The notes under the pieces: model-generated | Databases searched by the model: none | What the model was told of the DNA's origin: nothing | The model's input: only the letters and a program-made list of their open reading frames with translations | DNA from: Hemiscyllium ocellatum | Taxonomy: Eukaryota | Length of the DNA: 64,000 bases | Direction of reading: 5' to 3' | NCBI RefSeq assembly: GCF_020745735.1 | Contig: NC_083404.1 | Location: 126,231,731 to 126,295,730 of the forward strand | Position numbers and translations under genes: made by a program | Shown here: positions 47,701 to 60,260 of the stretch, piece by piece | How positions within the stretch are numbered: the stretch's first letter is position 1 | Layout: each line of letters opens with the position of its first letter

Positions 47701-50700
47701 GAGTTCAGGGTGAATCACTGTCACTTTGAAGGTGAATTAGAGATTAACAATAAACACCTGTCTTGCCACTGACATTACCTCTCAGGAATTAATTTTAAAA
47801 AGGCCTATGAAAGATGGAGAGCATTCAAAATTCATTAAAGCACATCAGTGGTAACAAAGGCCATTGAAGTTTTGCTCTATTTATTTATAGCTAGAGCTGT
47901 CTTTTGGTTAGACAAAAGGATAGCGCAACAGCCTTCAAGTACACACAGAGGACGTTGGAAAGAGAGGGAGTAGAACATACGTCACTAAGTGGATTAACAT
48001 TACAGTTGCACAAAAAGTGGAATGCTATTACGCAAATACATAGTGTGTAGTTTATAAAATTAAATTCAGCTGGAGGAACATTAGAAATGCTGTTCTAGAA
48101 CTCTAGATTACTTAGGCTACAGAAAGGACAACTGGTATAAAATCAGATCACAACTTTGTAAAAAAAAGTCAGAGGAACTGTGACCCAAAGGTTTTAGAAG
48201 TTCAGCAATGACCTCTAAAATGGGGAAATGTGAAACAAAATATTAACACTAATATCCTGCATAGTATATTGTACACAATTCAGACTAAAATTGTAGATGG
48301 AGGTTAGTTTTCTTAAAAGTAAATGTTTATGATGTAATAGCCAAACTAAATGTAAACATTTACAGCACGTACAGACACTAAATAAATTAATTAAATTCCT
48401 TTGTTATCTCTCACTGTCACATCATGTGGTATGGGTCTGCAGGCACAAATGATTCTTAATTTTTTTTGCTTTACAAATTTTCTTTAAAAAACTGAATAGT
48501 GTTAAAAGGATTAAGAAGGGGCTCAAGTAATATGGTGGCAAGTGTCCTGACCTCTAAGCCAGGAGTATTGGGTTCAAGTCACAGCTAATGCAAAGGTATG
48601 TGATAACATTTCTAAAAAGGTTGATTAAAATCTGAGTAAAAACTGAGCCCTCCTTGCATTTCATAAAGATTAGAAGCCATTTTAGCTCAGCAAGTGGGCT
48701 ACCAATTTTCCCTTACTGTGAACTGCAAATGAAATAACTGGTTGTATTTGGTATGCTGTCAGTTACGGCAGTTAAAACAAATTAGGAAAAATGAAGACAT
48801 CAATGCAACACGAGTTATGCATTTTTTCCTTCTATGCTTCCTTGTATTACTGGAACAATGTGAATGCAAAGTTTCATTTAGGTCATTTACAACTCAGGAA
48901 GCTGCTGTAAAGGAGTACTATTTTAAAAATACATTTCAGTTCTATTACGACTTCACTTATTTACCTGTCATGCAGTCAGCATACCAGACAAAACCAGCTA
49001 TTCCATAGTTTGAAGCATTCTCCTCATATTCCATTCCTAGTCCTCATCCTCACCAACCTTTCATAATATGTTGTTTTCATAATAGCCCCAAATCTTTTTA
49101 CTAGCACTACTTGATCTAACAAACATTTGTCCAAAATGTTTTAGGATTCAATTCAAACAGGCACTCTATTTTTTAAAAAGTGGTTCTAAACAAAATGGGT
49201 ACTCAAGCTGGAGGAAAACAGTGTTCCACAATAATCAGTGTTTTTGTGAGGACTGAGGTTATCCCTCAGCCTCCAGCAGGTCATGGAAAACATTTCCAGC
49301 CTGTTCAGCCTCTCCCTGTAGCTCAAACCCTCCAATCCTAGCAACATCCTTGTAAATATTTTCTGAATCTAGTTTCACCATTTCCTATAGTAGGAATACC
49401 AGAATTGAATGGAGTATTGGTCTAACCAATATCCTGGACAGCTGCAACATGACCTCCCAACTCCTATAGTCAGTGCACTGACCAATGAAGGCAAGCGTGT
49501 CAAATGTCTTAGTCACCACCTTCCATCTTCAAGGAAGTATACAAATTCACCCAAGGTCTTCGTTTGGCAACACTTCCTATGACCTTACCGTTAAGTGTGT
49601 AAGTCCTGCCCTGATATGCATTACCAAAATGCAACACCTCACATTTATCTAAATTAAACTCCATCTGTCACCCATCTATTAAGGTCCCATCTGAGATAAC
49701 CTTCACTCTCCACTACACCAATTTGGGTGTCATTTGCAAACTTAGTAAGCATATCTCCTATATTCACATCCAAATCATGACAAAAACTAGAGGACCCAGC
49801 ACACCACCCTCCAAAACAAAACCTTCCACCACCCTCTGTCTCCTACCTTCAAGCCAATTGGCTAGCTTCCCCTGGAATCAATGTGATTGTAGCTTACTAA
49901 TTAGTCCACCATGCAGAACCTTGTCAAACAAATTAAGTCCATACATCTACTGTTCTGCGTTCCTCAATCTTCAAAAAAAAACCGCAAATCAAGTAATGGA
50001 GATACTGTTTCCCATGCACAAAGCCTTGTTGACTATCCCTGATCAGTCCTTGCTTTTCCAAACACAAGTCTTGTCCCTCAGAATCCCCTCCAACAACTTA
50101 ATCACTGACATCAGGCTCACCAGTCTCGTGTGCCCTGGCTTTTCCTTACTACTTTTCTTAAATAATGGCACCACATTAGCCACCCTCCAGCAACGCACCT
50201 ATGACTAGCAATGATATAAATATCTCAGCAAGGTGCTCAATCACTTCCCTAGCTTCCTATAAAGTTCTGGGATACACTTATCAGGTCCCAGGGATCTTAT
50301 GTATACTCCTGCTACCCTTTTATTCCTCTAGGGATTCACTCAATCCCAGCTATCTGTATGTAACAGGTTTCTTGACCAGGGCTTCAATTTGTCTAGTCAT
50401 CCAGCATTCCCTACACCTACCACCTTTGCACTAATTGGAACTACAGCCTCTTAACTGTCGTTATCTCATTTTTGAAGGCCTCCCACTTTCCAACCAAATC
50501 TTAACTAATAATATCAAAATTAGCTTTACTCTAATTTAGAACTTTAACTATTAGATCAGTTCTATCCTTTTTCATAATTCTATTAGTTTTAAAATAGTTA
50601 TGATCACTGACCCCAAAGTACTCTCCCACTGTAACCTCAATCATTGCCATGCCTCATTTCCCAAGACGTCAGGTTTTGCTCGTTCTTTAGTAGGTTCACC

Positions 50701-51094
50701 CACATACTGAATAAGAAAATTTTCTTGTATACACTTAATTCCTCTCCATCCAAGCCTTTTACACAATGGAAGTCCCAGTCTATCTTTGGAAAGTTAAAAT
50801 CCCTACCATTACAATCCATTATTCTTATATGTCTGAGATCTCCTTACACATTTGCTTCTCAATTTCCCAGTGACTATTAGGGCTCCAATCCTAATAAGGT
50901 TACAATCCCTTTCTTATTTCTCAATTCCACCAATATAACTTCACTGGACATTCTCCCAGGAATATCCTAAGTACAGCCTTAATGTTATCCTTTAATATAA
51001 GTGCAATCTCCCATGTCTCTTTTCCCCCTTGCTATCACTACCCATCCTATAGCATCTATACCCTGGAATGTTATACTGCTGGTCCTGCCTGTCC

Positions 51095-51275
51095 CAGAGT
51101 TCAGGAGTGTGGTGCTGAAAAAGCACAGGTCAGGCAGCATCCGAGGTGCAGAATTTGATATTTCAGACATAGCCGTTCATCAGGAAATGAAGATTTTCCT
51201 GCTGCCTGACCTGCTGTGCTTTTCCAAGGCCACACTTTCGACTCTGATCTCCAGCATCTGCAGTCCTCACTTCTT
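51095..51275. mobile_element. degenerate fold-back family-A element
   Basis: head-to-head arms like 2561-2767 and 8160-8390; no clear TSD. Confidence 0.7.
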
Positions 51276-51555
51276 CCATGCCCTAACTTTACCTGTCATG
51301 CCTCTTGCATTGAAATAAATTGTTAAATATAATTGATCAGTCTTACTTCATTGTCTGCCTTGACTATTTAACTTGCTAGTCTTTTCTACTGTACTAACCG
51401 CAGACTTACTTCTTCTATCTGTCTCATTGGGTCACCTTCCCTCCCAATAGTTTAAAGTCTCCTAAGTAGCACTTTCAAATGTGCCCACCACGATGTTGGA
51501 CCCCTTCCAATTCAGGTGCAACCCATCCTTATTATACAGGACACTTTTACACAGA

Positions 51556-54402
51556 AGAACAAAGAAAATTTACATCCCTGGAACAGGCCCTTCGGCCCTC
51601 CAAGCCTGAGCCGATCCAAATGTACTGTCTAAAATTGTCAGTCAATTCCTAAGCATTTATGTCCCTCTGCTCCCCACCTACTCCGATTCAGTATGTGAAT
51701 GTACCTACGAGAGAAGGTGCAAAACTTGACCTACTCTTGGGAAATAAGGCAAGGCTGGTGTCTGAGGTGTCAGTGGGGGAGCACTTTGGGGCCAGCGACC
51801 ATAATTCTATTCGTTTTAAAATAGTGATGGAAAAGGATAGACCAGATCTAAAAGCTGAAGTTCTAAATTGGAGAAAGGCCAATCTTGACGGTATTAGGCA
51901 AGAAATTTCGAAAGCTGATTGGAGGCAGATGTTCGCAGGTAAAGGGACGGCTGGAAAATGGGAAGCATTCAGAAATGCGATTACAAGAATCCAGAGAAAG
52001 TATACTCCTGTCAGGGTGAAAGGGAATGCTGGATGATGAAAGAAAGTGAGTGTTTGGTTAAGAAAAAGAAGGAAGCATATGTCAAGTATAGACAGAATAG
52101 ATCAAGTGAATCCTCAAAAGAATACAAAGGAAGTAGGAGTATACTTAAAAGGGAAATCAGGAGGGCAAAACAGGGACATGAGATAGCTTTGGCAAATAGA
52201 ATTAAGGAGAATCCAAAGAGTTTTTACAAATACATTAAGGACAAAAGGGTAACTAGGGAGAGAATAGGGCCCCTCAAAGATCAGCAAGGTGGCTTTTGTG
52301 TTGAGCCACAGAAAATGGGGAAGATACTAAATGAATATTTTGCATCAGTATTTACTGTGCAAAAGGATATGGAAGATATAGACTGTAGGGAAATAGATGG
52401 TGACATCTTGCAAAATGTCTATATTACAGAGGAGGAAGTGCTGGATGTCTTGAAACAGTTAAAGGTGGATAAATCCCCAGGTGATCAAGTGTACCCGAGA
52501 ACTCTGTAGGAAACTAGAGAAGTGATTGCTGGGCCTCTTGCTGAGATATTTGTATCATCGATAGTCATAGGTGAGGTGCCGGAAGACTGGAGGTTGGCAA
52601 ATGTGGTGCCACTGTTTAATAAGGGTGGTAAAGACAAACCAAGGAACTATAGACTGGTGAACCTGACGTCGCTGATGAGCAAGTTGTTGGAGGGAATCCT
52701 GAGGGACAGGATGTACATGTATTTGGAAAGGCAAGGACCTTTTACCTGATTAGGAATAGTCAACATGGCTTTGTGCGTGGGAAATCATGTCTCACAAACT
52801 TGATTGAGTTTTTTTGAAGAGGTAACAAAGAAGATTGATGAGTGCAGAGCAGTAGATGTGATCTTTATGGACTTCAGTAAGGTGTTCGACAAGGTTCCCC
52901 ATGGGAGACTGATTAGCAAGGTTAGATCTCATGGAATACAGGGAGAACTAGCTATTTGGATACAGAACTAGCTCAAAGATAGAAGTGGTGCTGGGGGGTT
53001 GTTGTTCAGCCTGGAGGCCTGTGACCAGTGGAGTGCCACAAGGATCGGTGCTGGGTCCTCTACTTTTTGTAATTTACATAAATGATTTGGATGCGAGCAT
53101 AAGAGGTACAGTTAGTAAGTTTGCAGATGACACTAAAATTGGAGGTGTAGTGGACAGCAAAGAGGGTTACCTCAGATTACAACAGGACCTGGACCAGATG
53201 GGCCAATGGGCTGAGAAGTGGCAAATGGAGTTTAATTCAGATAAATGTGAGGTGCTGCATTTTGGGAAAGCAAATCTTAGCAGGACTTATACACTTAATG
53301 GTAAGGTCCTAGGGAGTGTTGCTGAACAAAGAGACCTTGGAGTGCAGGTTCATAGCTCCTTGAAAGTGGAGTCGCAGGTAGATAGGATAGTGAAGAAGGC
53401 GTTTGGTATGCTTTCCTTTCTTGGTCAGAGTATTGAGCACAGGAGTTGGGAGGTCGTGTTACGGCTGTACAGGACATTGGTTAGGCCACTGTTAGGATGG
53501 AGACCAGAATTGTACACCATATTCTAACGGAAAATGTTGTGAAACCTGAAAGGGTTCAGAAAAGATTTACAAGGATGTTGCCAGGGTTGGAGGATCTGAG
53601 CTATAGGGAGAGGCTGAACAGGCTGGGGCGGTTTTCCCTGGAGCGTCGGAGGCTGAGGGGTGACCTTACAGAGGTTTACAAAATTATGAGGGGCATGGAT
53701 AGGATAAATAGACAAAATCTTTTCCCTGGGGTCAGGGAGTCCAGAACTAGAGGCCATAGGTTTAGGGTGAGAGGGGAAAGATATAGAAGAGCACTAAGGG
53801 GCAACCTTTTCACGCAGAGGGTGGTACGTGTATGGAATGAGCTGCCAGAGGATGTGGTGGAGGCTGGTACAATTGCAATATTCAAGAGGCATGTGGATGG
53901 GTATATGAATAAGAAGGGTTTGGAGGGATATGAGCTGGGTGCTGGTAGATGGGACTATCTGGTCGGCATGGACAGGTTGGACCGAAGGGTCTGTTTGCAT
54001 GCTATACATCTCTGACTCTACTCATGCATTTGTCCAAAAGCACCTTAAATAAATCTACCGTGCCTGCCTCTACCACCTCTGCTGGCAACGCGTTCCAAAT
54101 GCCCACCACCCCCTGAAGTACTTACCACATGTATCCCCCTTAAACTTTCCACCTCTCACCTTTAAAGCATGACCTCTAGTTATTGAATCCTTCACTTTGG
54201 GAAAAAGCTTGTCTCTATCCACCCTCTCTATACACTTAATGATTTTGTAAACCTCAAATCAGGTCCCCCCTCAACCTCCTTTTTTCTAATGAAAATAAAC
54301 TTAACCTACTCAACCTTCCATACCAGGCAACATCCTCCTAAACCTTCTGTGCACCCTCTCCAAAGCATCCAAATCCTTCTGGTAATGCACCATCCAGAAC
54401 TG
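51556..54402 (-). mobile_element. CR1 3' fragment on - (51556-51683 and 54018-54402), split by a younger LINE
   Basis: TSD tacacaga 51548-51555/54403-54410; VQFW..LERVHRRFRRMLPG on -. Confidence 0.7.
51684..54017 (+). mobile_element. young 5'-truncated CR1/HER1 LINE (APE end, RT, 3' UTR)
   Basis: PTREGAKLDLLL..SDHN; GVPQGSVLGP..FADDTK; RRLRGDL; TSD ctactc 51678-51683/54018-54023. Confidence 0.92.
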
Positions 54403-54438
54403 TACACAGAGATCTTGATGATCTAACAATGTAAATCC

Positions 54439-54605
54439 TTTTCTGCAGCGTAGAGACAGTCTCTCTGCCTTTATTCCTGATGAAGGGCTTTTGCCCGAAA
54501 TGTCGATTTCGCTGCTCGTTGGATGCTGCCTGAACTGCTGTGCTCTTCCAGCACCGCTGATCCAGAATCGGTTTCCAGCATCTGCAGTCATTGTTTTTAC
54601 CTTTT
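54439..54605 (+). mobile_element. family-A PLE-terminus element with hammerhead core
   Basis: 13-bp TSD acaatgtaaatcc 54426-54438/54606-54618; CTGATGA-agggcttttgccc-GAAAtGTC at 54477-54504. Confidence 0.85.
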
Positions 54606-54919
54606 ACAATGTAAATCCCTGCCCCAGCTCCTCAGCCATGCATTCATCTGTCCTGTCCTATTTCTACTCACTAGCACATGGCACCTTGAGTAATCCAGAT
54701 GTACTACACACAAGCACCTACTTTAACTTTCTGCCCAATTTTCTATATACTCTCTGCAGAACCTTGTCCATTTTTCTATATCATTGATACCAACTTGTAC
54801 AACCTCTGCTGGTCACACTGCCATTTGAAAATATTCTGCACCCTCAGACAGCCTTGACCCTGGCACCCGTGCGTGTAACAATTCTGATGTGTCAGCTGCA
54901 GAAACATCTGTCTGTGCTT

Positions 54920-55410
54920 AATTCCAACCCTAATATCACCAAATTTACAGATGACAGCTGTAAGGAGGATGCAAAGATACTTCAACTTGATTTGAACAAG
55001 TTGAAAGAGTGGACAAATGCATGGCAGATGCAGTATGATGCAGCACAAACAAGGCAGATTATCTAAATGGTGTTAGATTGGGAAAGGTCAAATGAGACTT
55101 CTGTTAACTTGTACTAGTTAACTGTTACTATTTTCAGTTAACTGAAAATAAGCACACAGGTGCAGGTGTTAAAGGCAGCAAATGGTATACAGTAGCATAT
55201 ATGCAGTTGCAGTAAAACATAGGTGAGACTACACTGGAGTAGTGTATTTAGTTCTGGTCTCCATATGTCAGGAGGGGTGTTCTGGCTATGAAGAAAGTGC
55301 AATGAAGTATTCCAGATTGACATACATGAAGTGGGAGAAAACATGGCATAAAAACCAGCAGAGACTTGTGGGGCCAAATGGCATGTTTCTATCCAAATGC
55401 AAACCATTGT
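54920..55410 (+). mobile_element. degenerate CR1 RT/3' fragment
   Basis: ITKFTDD..LQLDLNKLKEWTNAWQMQY. Confidence 0.65.
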
Positions 55411-56759
55411 GTATAATATTGTTTAAAAATTAAAACTACTCAGCTTAGAAATCACTAGCTGTAAGTTTTAAAAACTGAACAATTTAAATCTGAAATTCAA
55501 AGCACAGGTTTTCAATGCTGACAAGTAGCATTTGTTTTATTATTAGCTTAATGGTTAACATCTCACTACCATTAAAAGTGCATCATGCAGTGGTAATTAG
55601 ATAAAAGTGAAGTGGGAAGCCCAGTACAACATTTTAATAGGAATGGATGAAACAGCTAAATTTACACAAGCTGTGTCAAACAAGTTGAGCATTAGATCAA
55701 GATAATCACTAAAAGTGGATTCTAGCAGAATGCTTTCACAACGAATTTTAAATAATAGTGATGTCTATTCCTGATCTTGTTTTCTATCCCAGTGTTTAAA
55801 AAAGGCTTTATTTACAATTTGATTTTGCTATACAAGTTTTGTAAGAAGTCAGAATAACATCCTAAGTCTTGTTCCCATCATTAGCATTATTTGATGATAT
55901 TAATACAGTATAGAACCAAATTGAAAATCTCATCCAGTTCTCCGTTTTTAATAAAAAGATAAAGTCAATAATAGCATAAGCTAAAATTAGTTTAGTGCAG
56001 GGTGTGATGGGGGAAAACAGGACAGATGAATAATGTCTTGATCAGTTTGAACAATCCGACAGAAAGTATATGAACACAGACAAACAGAGAGGAAAGGATT
56101 TAGCTTGATTAAATTTAATCTCAATAAAGGAATAGAATGTTAACCACTGTTCAGACTTTAATAATAGTTAATTGATACCAAGCTATTCCTTATCAAAGTG
56201 ATTTGCCTTTAGGAGATTTTGGAAACTACTGTACTTCCAAAACACTACTTAGACAAGAAAAACATCAAAGCCATTTTTAAAAATTTCAAATGTGTTGATT
56301 TTTAAAAAACATCCTTTTGGTACTAAGTGTTTTGCATAGCCACTTTGAAGGATATTGTTTTAGGAACAAAATAAAACATACTAAAAATATTAGTTAAAAA
56401 GAAGCCTTTCCACTTTTCAAATAGCTCAAATCATACAAGATATTTTCACTTAGCAGCTGCCTCGCTATTATCCCTATGTAGAGGTAACAAGATAATTTAG
56501 TCTTTCACTTCAGTGAATTTAACATTTTCAGATTACTAGACCAAATAGTTGATTTTATTGATTGCACTGAATTTTGTACTAGTCATGTCATAAGACAAAA
56601 AGAGGTAAATTGAAATGGCCAGAACAAAAGTTTTTTTTACAAAACACCCAAAAAAAGTGTTCGCATTTTGGACATTTGATCAGGGCTGAAAAGCTAGAGA
56701 TATTTATCCAGAAGGGCAAAATGGAAGGCAGCAAAAGAGTTGACTTTGATGTACTATAG

Positions 56760-59700
56760 TTCGAAGACTGCGGTCTCAATTTTTTCAGTCGAACTGCTGT
56801 GAATGTGCGAGGTTGGTTCAAAATGCGGATATTCGACGAGTCAACAAGTGAATATTAACTATTTTTCCTTTCTTCTGGCGGACATTTTAAAAAGAGAGTG
56901 TTTAAAATTCAATACAAATTAAATTGAAAAGACAAATTAAATGAATACAGATTTCTCCACTGAAAACTCAATGGAATTATACAAATCGTTCAAAGGATTT
57001 TCGATACTGTAAACATTATCGATCAGTTAAACCCCAAATACTAAATTGAAAAATCACAATGTTCATATTAAATGAACAATTTATTAAGCACCTCAAAGCA
57101 TACAGTATTCACCAACAGGATTTTAAAAATGACAAGGCCACATTACATGTTGAGAAATCGATAGTCGCGGGACATATTTTAAACAAAACATTCGGTTCAA
57201 CTGAAAGGTCTAATGAAACTAGAACAGTTTCTCTACCCACGCGCGATGCGTGGCTTCCTGACTTCTTCGAGCATTCTGTTATTATTTCGGGGGAAGGGGA
57301 CTAAGTGAAGGAAAAACCGCCGGTATGGACTTGATAGATCGGAGCACTTCGACTACATTTCATCATTCGCTTTTCGAAGTTTTCCCCATTACGAACGTAC
57401 CCCTAAAAATGATCTAAATGATTAACAAATATCTACACAACTAAAATTCGCCCTTTTAAGTCTTGCGTAAAGGATTGCAACCCCGTCTTCCAGAGAGAGC
57501 ATAACACTCTACTGCAGACATTTCAGGACCTTCAAATGTACAGAGTCCTTGACATCCAGATAGTAACACACCTCCTACGCATAAATGTTCCCAGACATAC
57601 AGCCGCCAAGATTTACCATTCCTCTGCCAATACTTCTCTGCCACACAAATCTCAAACACATGTTTATCCATAGCTAAGCATATCACCACAACTGAGCCAC
57701 TACGCTAATTTTTTTTTTAAATTGGTAGATCTAGTTGGAGGATAAATGTCCACCATCTCCCGGCCAGAAAGAAACAAATCAAATCAAGGTCAAGTCGGTC
57801 CAACCTATACGCCTCCCTCGAGTAGCCACTACTTCCTACTTTTCAAGCATTCACTAACCTCTAGCTGCCCAATCCTCCCCTCCCCCCGCTCCTGCCTCCC
57901 TGCGCATCACAAACAACTCGCGCCTCCAGCATCCAGCAATAGGTCGCCTACATTACCCTGACCAGTCTCTGGCTCCCCTCACCCACCGCACCGAAAGTCT
58001 TCACTGCGCCTGCGCCAACCCTCCCTCCATTACACAGAAACGGTGCAAACCGAGGCGTTCCCGGGGCCTGCGCCAGCCTTTTCTCCCCTCCCCCACCGAA
58101 ACTACTCAGAGCGCCTGCGTCAACCCTTCCCCCAACTTTGCGATCGCCTCCCCCACACACAGCCATCTAACAGAAGCAAGAGCGCCTGCGCGAACTCTTC
58201 CTTTTCCCTCCCCCACACTCCTCCACCACCCACACACACAACGAAAGTGCTCACAGCGCCCGGAGGCAGCCCATCCCCCTCCCATTTCAGTCATCGACAG
58301 CAAACCATTCCCTCCGCAAACAGCTGCTGCATGAAATTTCTCGAGCAGCCATAAGCTTTCGCCCAAATAAGAAAAATACTGCACCAGCTTCGTCCACCAA
58401 AATATCACCCCAAATTATTTATTCCAGATCACCTCCAATTATTTATTACAGTTCAACCCCCCACCTCACTTCACTATCGACACTAACGAAATTCAGTACT
58501 TTACAAATTTTACCAACCTCTCCTTTTAATTAATTGAGCGAAACGAAAGTGGCGGGGGGGGGGGAAGGAGGGTTGGGCAGGTTTTAGAAAAAACACTGCG
58601 AGACTTTTCACGCGAATTTTCTACACGATCGACGCAACTACAAGTTGTTCTTTCACTCACTGCACAGAGCCCCAGGTTTTTCTAGAACATTCCAGTCTGT
58701 TCGGAGACGTTACGTCACGGGATTGTGAAGCGTCGCCAGTGGATGCCGGGAACGAGAGTCGGAGCTGTCGTTAATTCTCCAACGGAGGGATCCGGACACG
58801 GGGAGGAGGGGGGTGGGTGGATGAGAAACATACCCATCGGTAACTTGTCTGGGAGAATCGAAACGATATTTATCTACACGTACATTTGTACAAAGCAGAC
58901 GATCCTTTTTTTTCCTCTTTTAAAAAAATTATAAACCGTCGACAGGGCCGGGCCGAGCTCCGGGAACGGACCAATCGGCGGACCCGTAACAAAAGTCTTC
59001 GGCTGGCGGGTCACGTGAGGGGGTTTCGCCCAATCGGGGGAAACGTTGGGCCCGCGGAAAGTCAAAGGCCGTCCCGGAGATGGAACCTTATCAAAGGTCT
59101 CGCCGTTTATAATTTCTCTCTTTATGGTATTAATATGTGTATGTATTATCATTTATTTTTAAAAAAGCAACACAACGGTACAGCGAGCGTCTTGCTTTCC
59201 CGGTGGGTGTACAGAGGTTTTGTTTTTAAAAAAAGAATTCCTTCCCTTCCCCCCCCCCCCCTTCCCTCTCCGGTACAGCAATTTTCAACGCGTTTCTTCC
59301 TACGTCCCTCCGAGAAGGTAAAAGGCCGACCCAGTGAATTGATGTATGTTTTAACGGGAACGCTTTTCATGAAAGCGCAGGCCCGCGACAGTAATCGGCT
59401 TATAACGTGTTGTGAATGAAATAAGAAGGCGTGTGAGAGCCTGTCCTACTCTTTTGGTCCAAGCCGTCCATCTGTGTCCTTTTCACTTTCCTTTGGTGGG
59501 GGTGTGTGGCCAAAACCTGTTCCGAATGTTTTTGTTTTAATTTATTTTGTTTTGTTTGATTTCAATACTCCCACACCCTCTCCCTGCAGTCTCCCTCACG
59601 ATTCAGGAGTAAATGTTTGCACAGAAAACAACTGTATGAGGATGACTGCAGGGAAATGTTTTTCTTAATTTGCTGCTGCCTGAGAGTTTTTGATGCTGTT

Positions 59701-60260
59701 GAACGGATTGGGTTTTGTGTTGAAGGAAAGCGGTCTTCTATCACTCATTTGAAAGAGAGCAGTTTCTCTTTGATGCTGTAGTTTTGAGGCACGGCAGTGG
59801 TGACGCGTCTTGTGCTGTATTAAAATGGCTTTATGCTTATAATGGCTTGGTGGTAAGTATTGTGTGTGGGTTGCCCGAATCCGTTTGGCAAATAATGTTG
59901 GTAATCTCATAATGATAGGCTGCTGCTGTAATCAGAGGAAGAAACTGAGACTGACCAACCATTTCATTAAGTGTTGGATGACCGAATCACAGGTTGGTTC
60001 AGGATCATTCTAGAAGGACAAAAGGGAAAGTAATTCAAATCTGTCGATAATGAGATGAAGGTTTTTAAAATAATGAGTGTCTCTAAACACATATTGAGTA
60101 AATAAGGGGTCTAGCGAATAGCGTTAATTTTGTAAATTTGATTACGATGAAGCAGTCTGGTAGTGCGAATTACAATTCTCTCGGGAATGCAGACATTTTA
60201 AAGCTTCGTAAATCGTGACTTTTGTGCGTGTGCGTCTGTGAAATCAGATTTGGTTCGCAG
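56760..60260. promoter_or_regulatory. large CpG-rich promoter region of the downstream gene (ANKRD12 expected from mammalian synteny; not provable here)
   Basis: TE-free and CpG-rich. GCGCCTGCGC (NRF1-type) x2 plus 2 near-matches at 58006-58191, HSE 58680-58692, TTACGTCA 58710-58717, CCAAT 58971 and 59030, GTCACGTGA 59010-59018. Confidence 0.8.
59782..59852 (+). other. candidate 5'UTR exon of the downstream gene
   Basis: tttctctttgatgctgtag| acceptor-like site and TG|gtaagt consensus donor inside the CpG-rich region. Confidence 0.3.

Larger units (their letters stand above)
49290..54860 (-). mobile_element. old CR1 LINE on - (49290-51555 and 54411-54860) hosting nested insertions
   Basis: RDFNFPKIDW (APE) in ORF 50637..50819; ORF1 sequence resumes after 54410. 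Confidence 0.75.

Noticed and set aside
47557-47760. Minus-strand CAA|GTAAGT donor suggesting a hidden exon
   Set aside because: No convincing acceptor or coding signal; isolated donor matches are common by chance.
51659-54015. Series of 125-183-aa ORFs
   Set aside because: Frameshifted pieces of one CR1 ORF2.
58043-59419. ORFs of 100-177 aa in the CpG island
   Set aside because: No recognisable domain, low complexity, and expected by chance in GC-rich promoter DNA.
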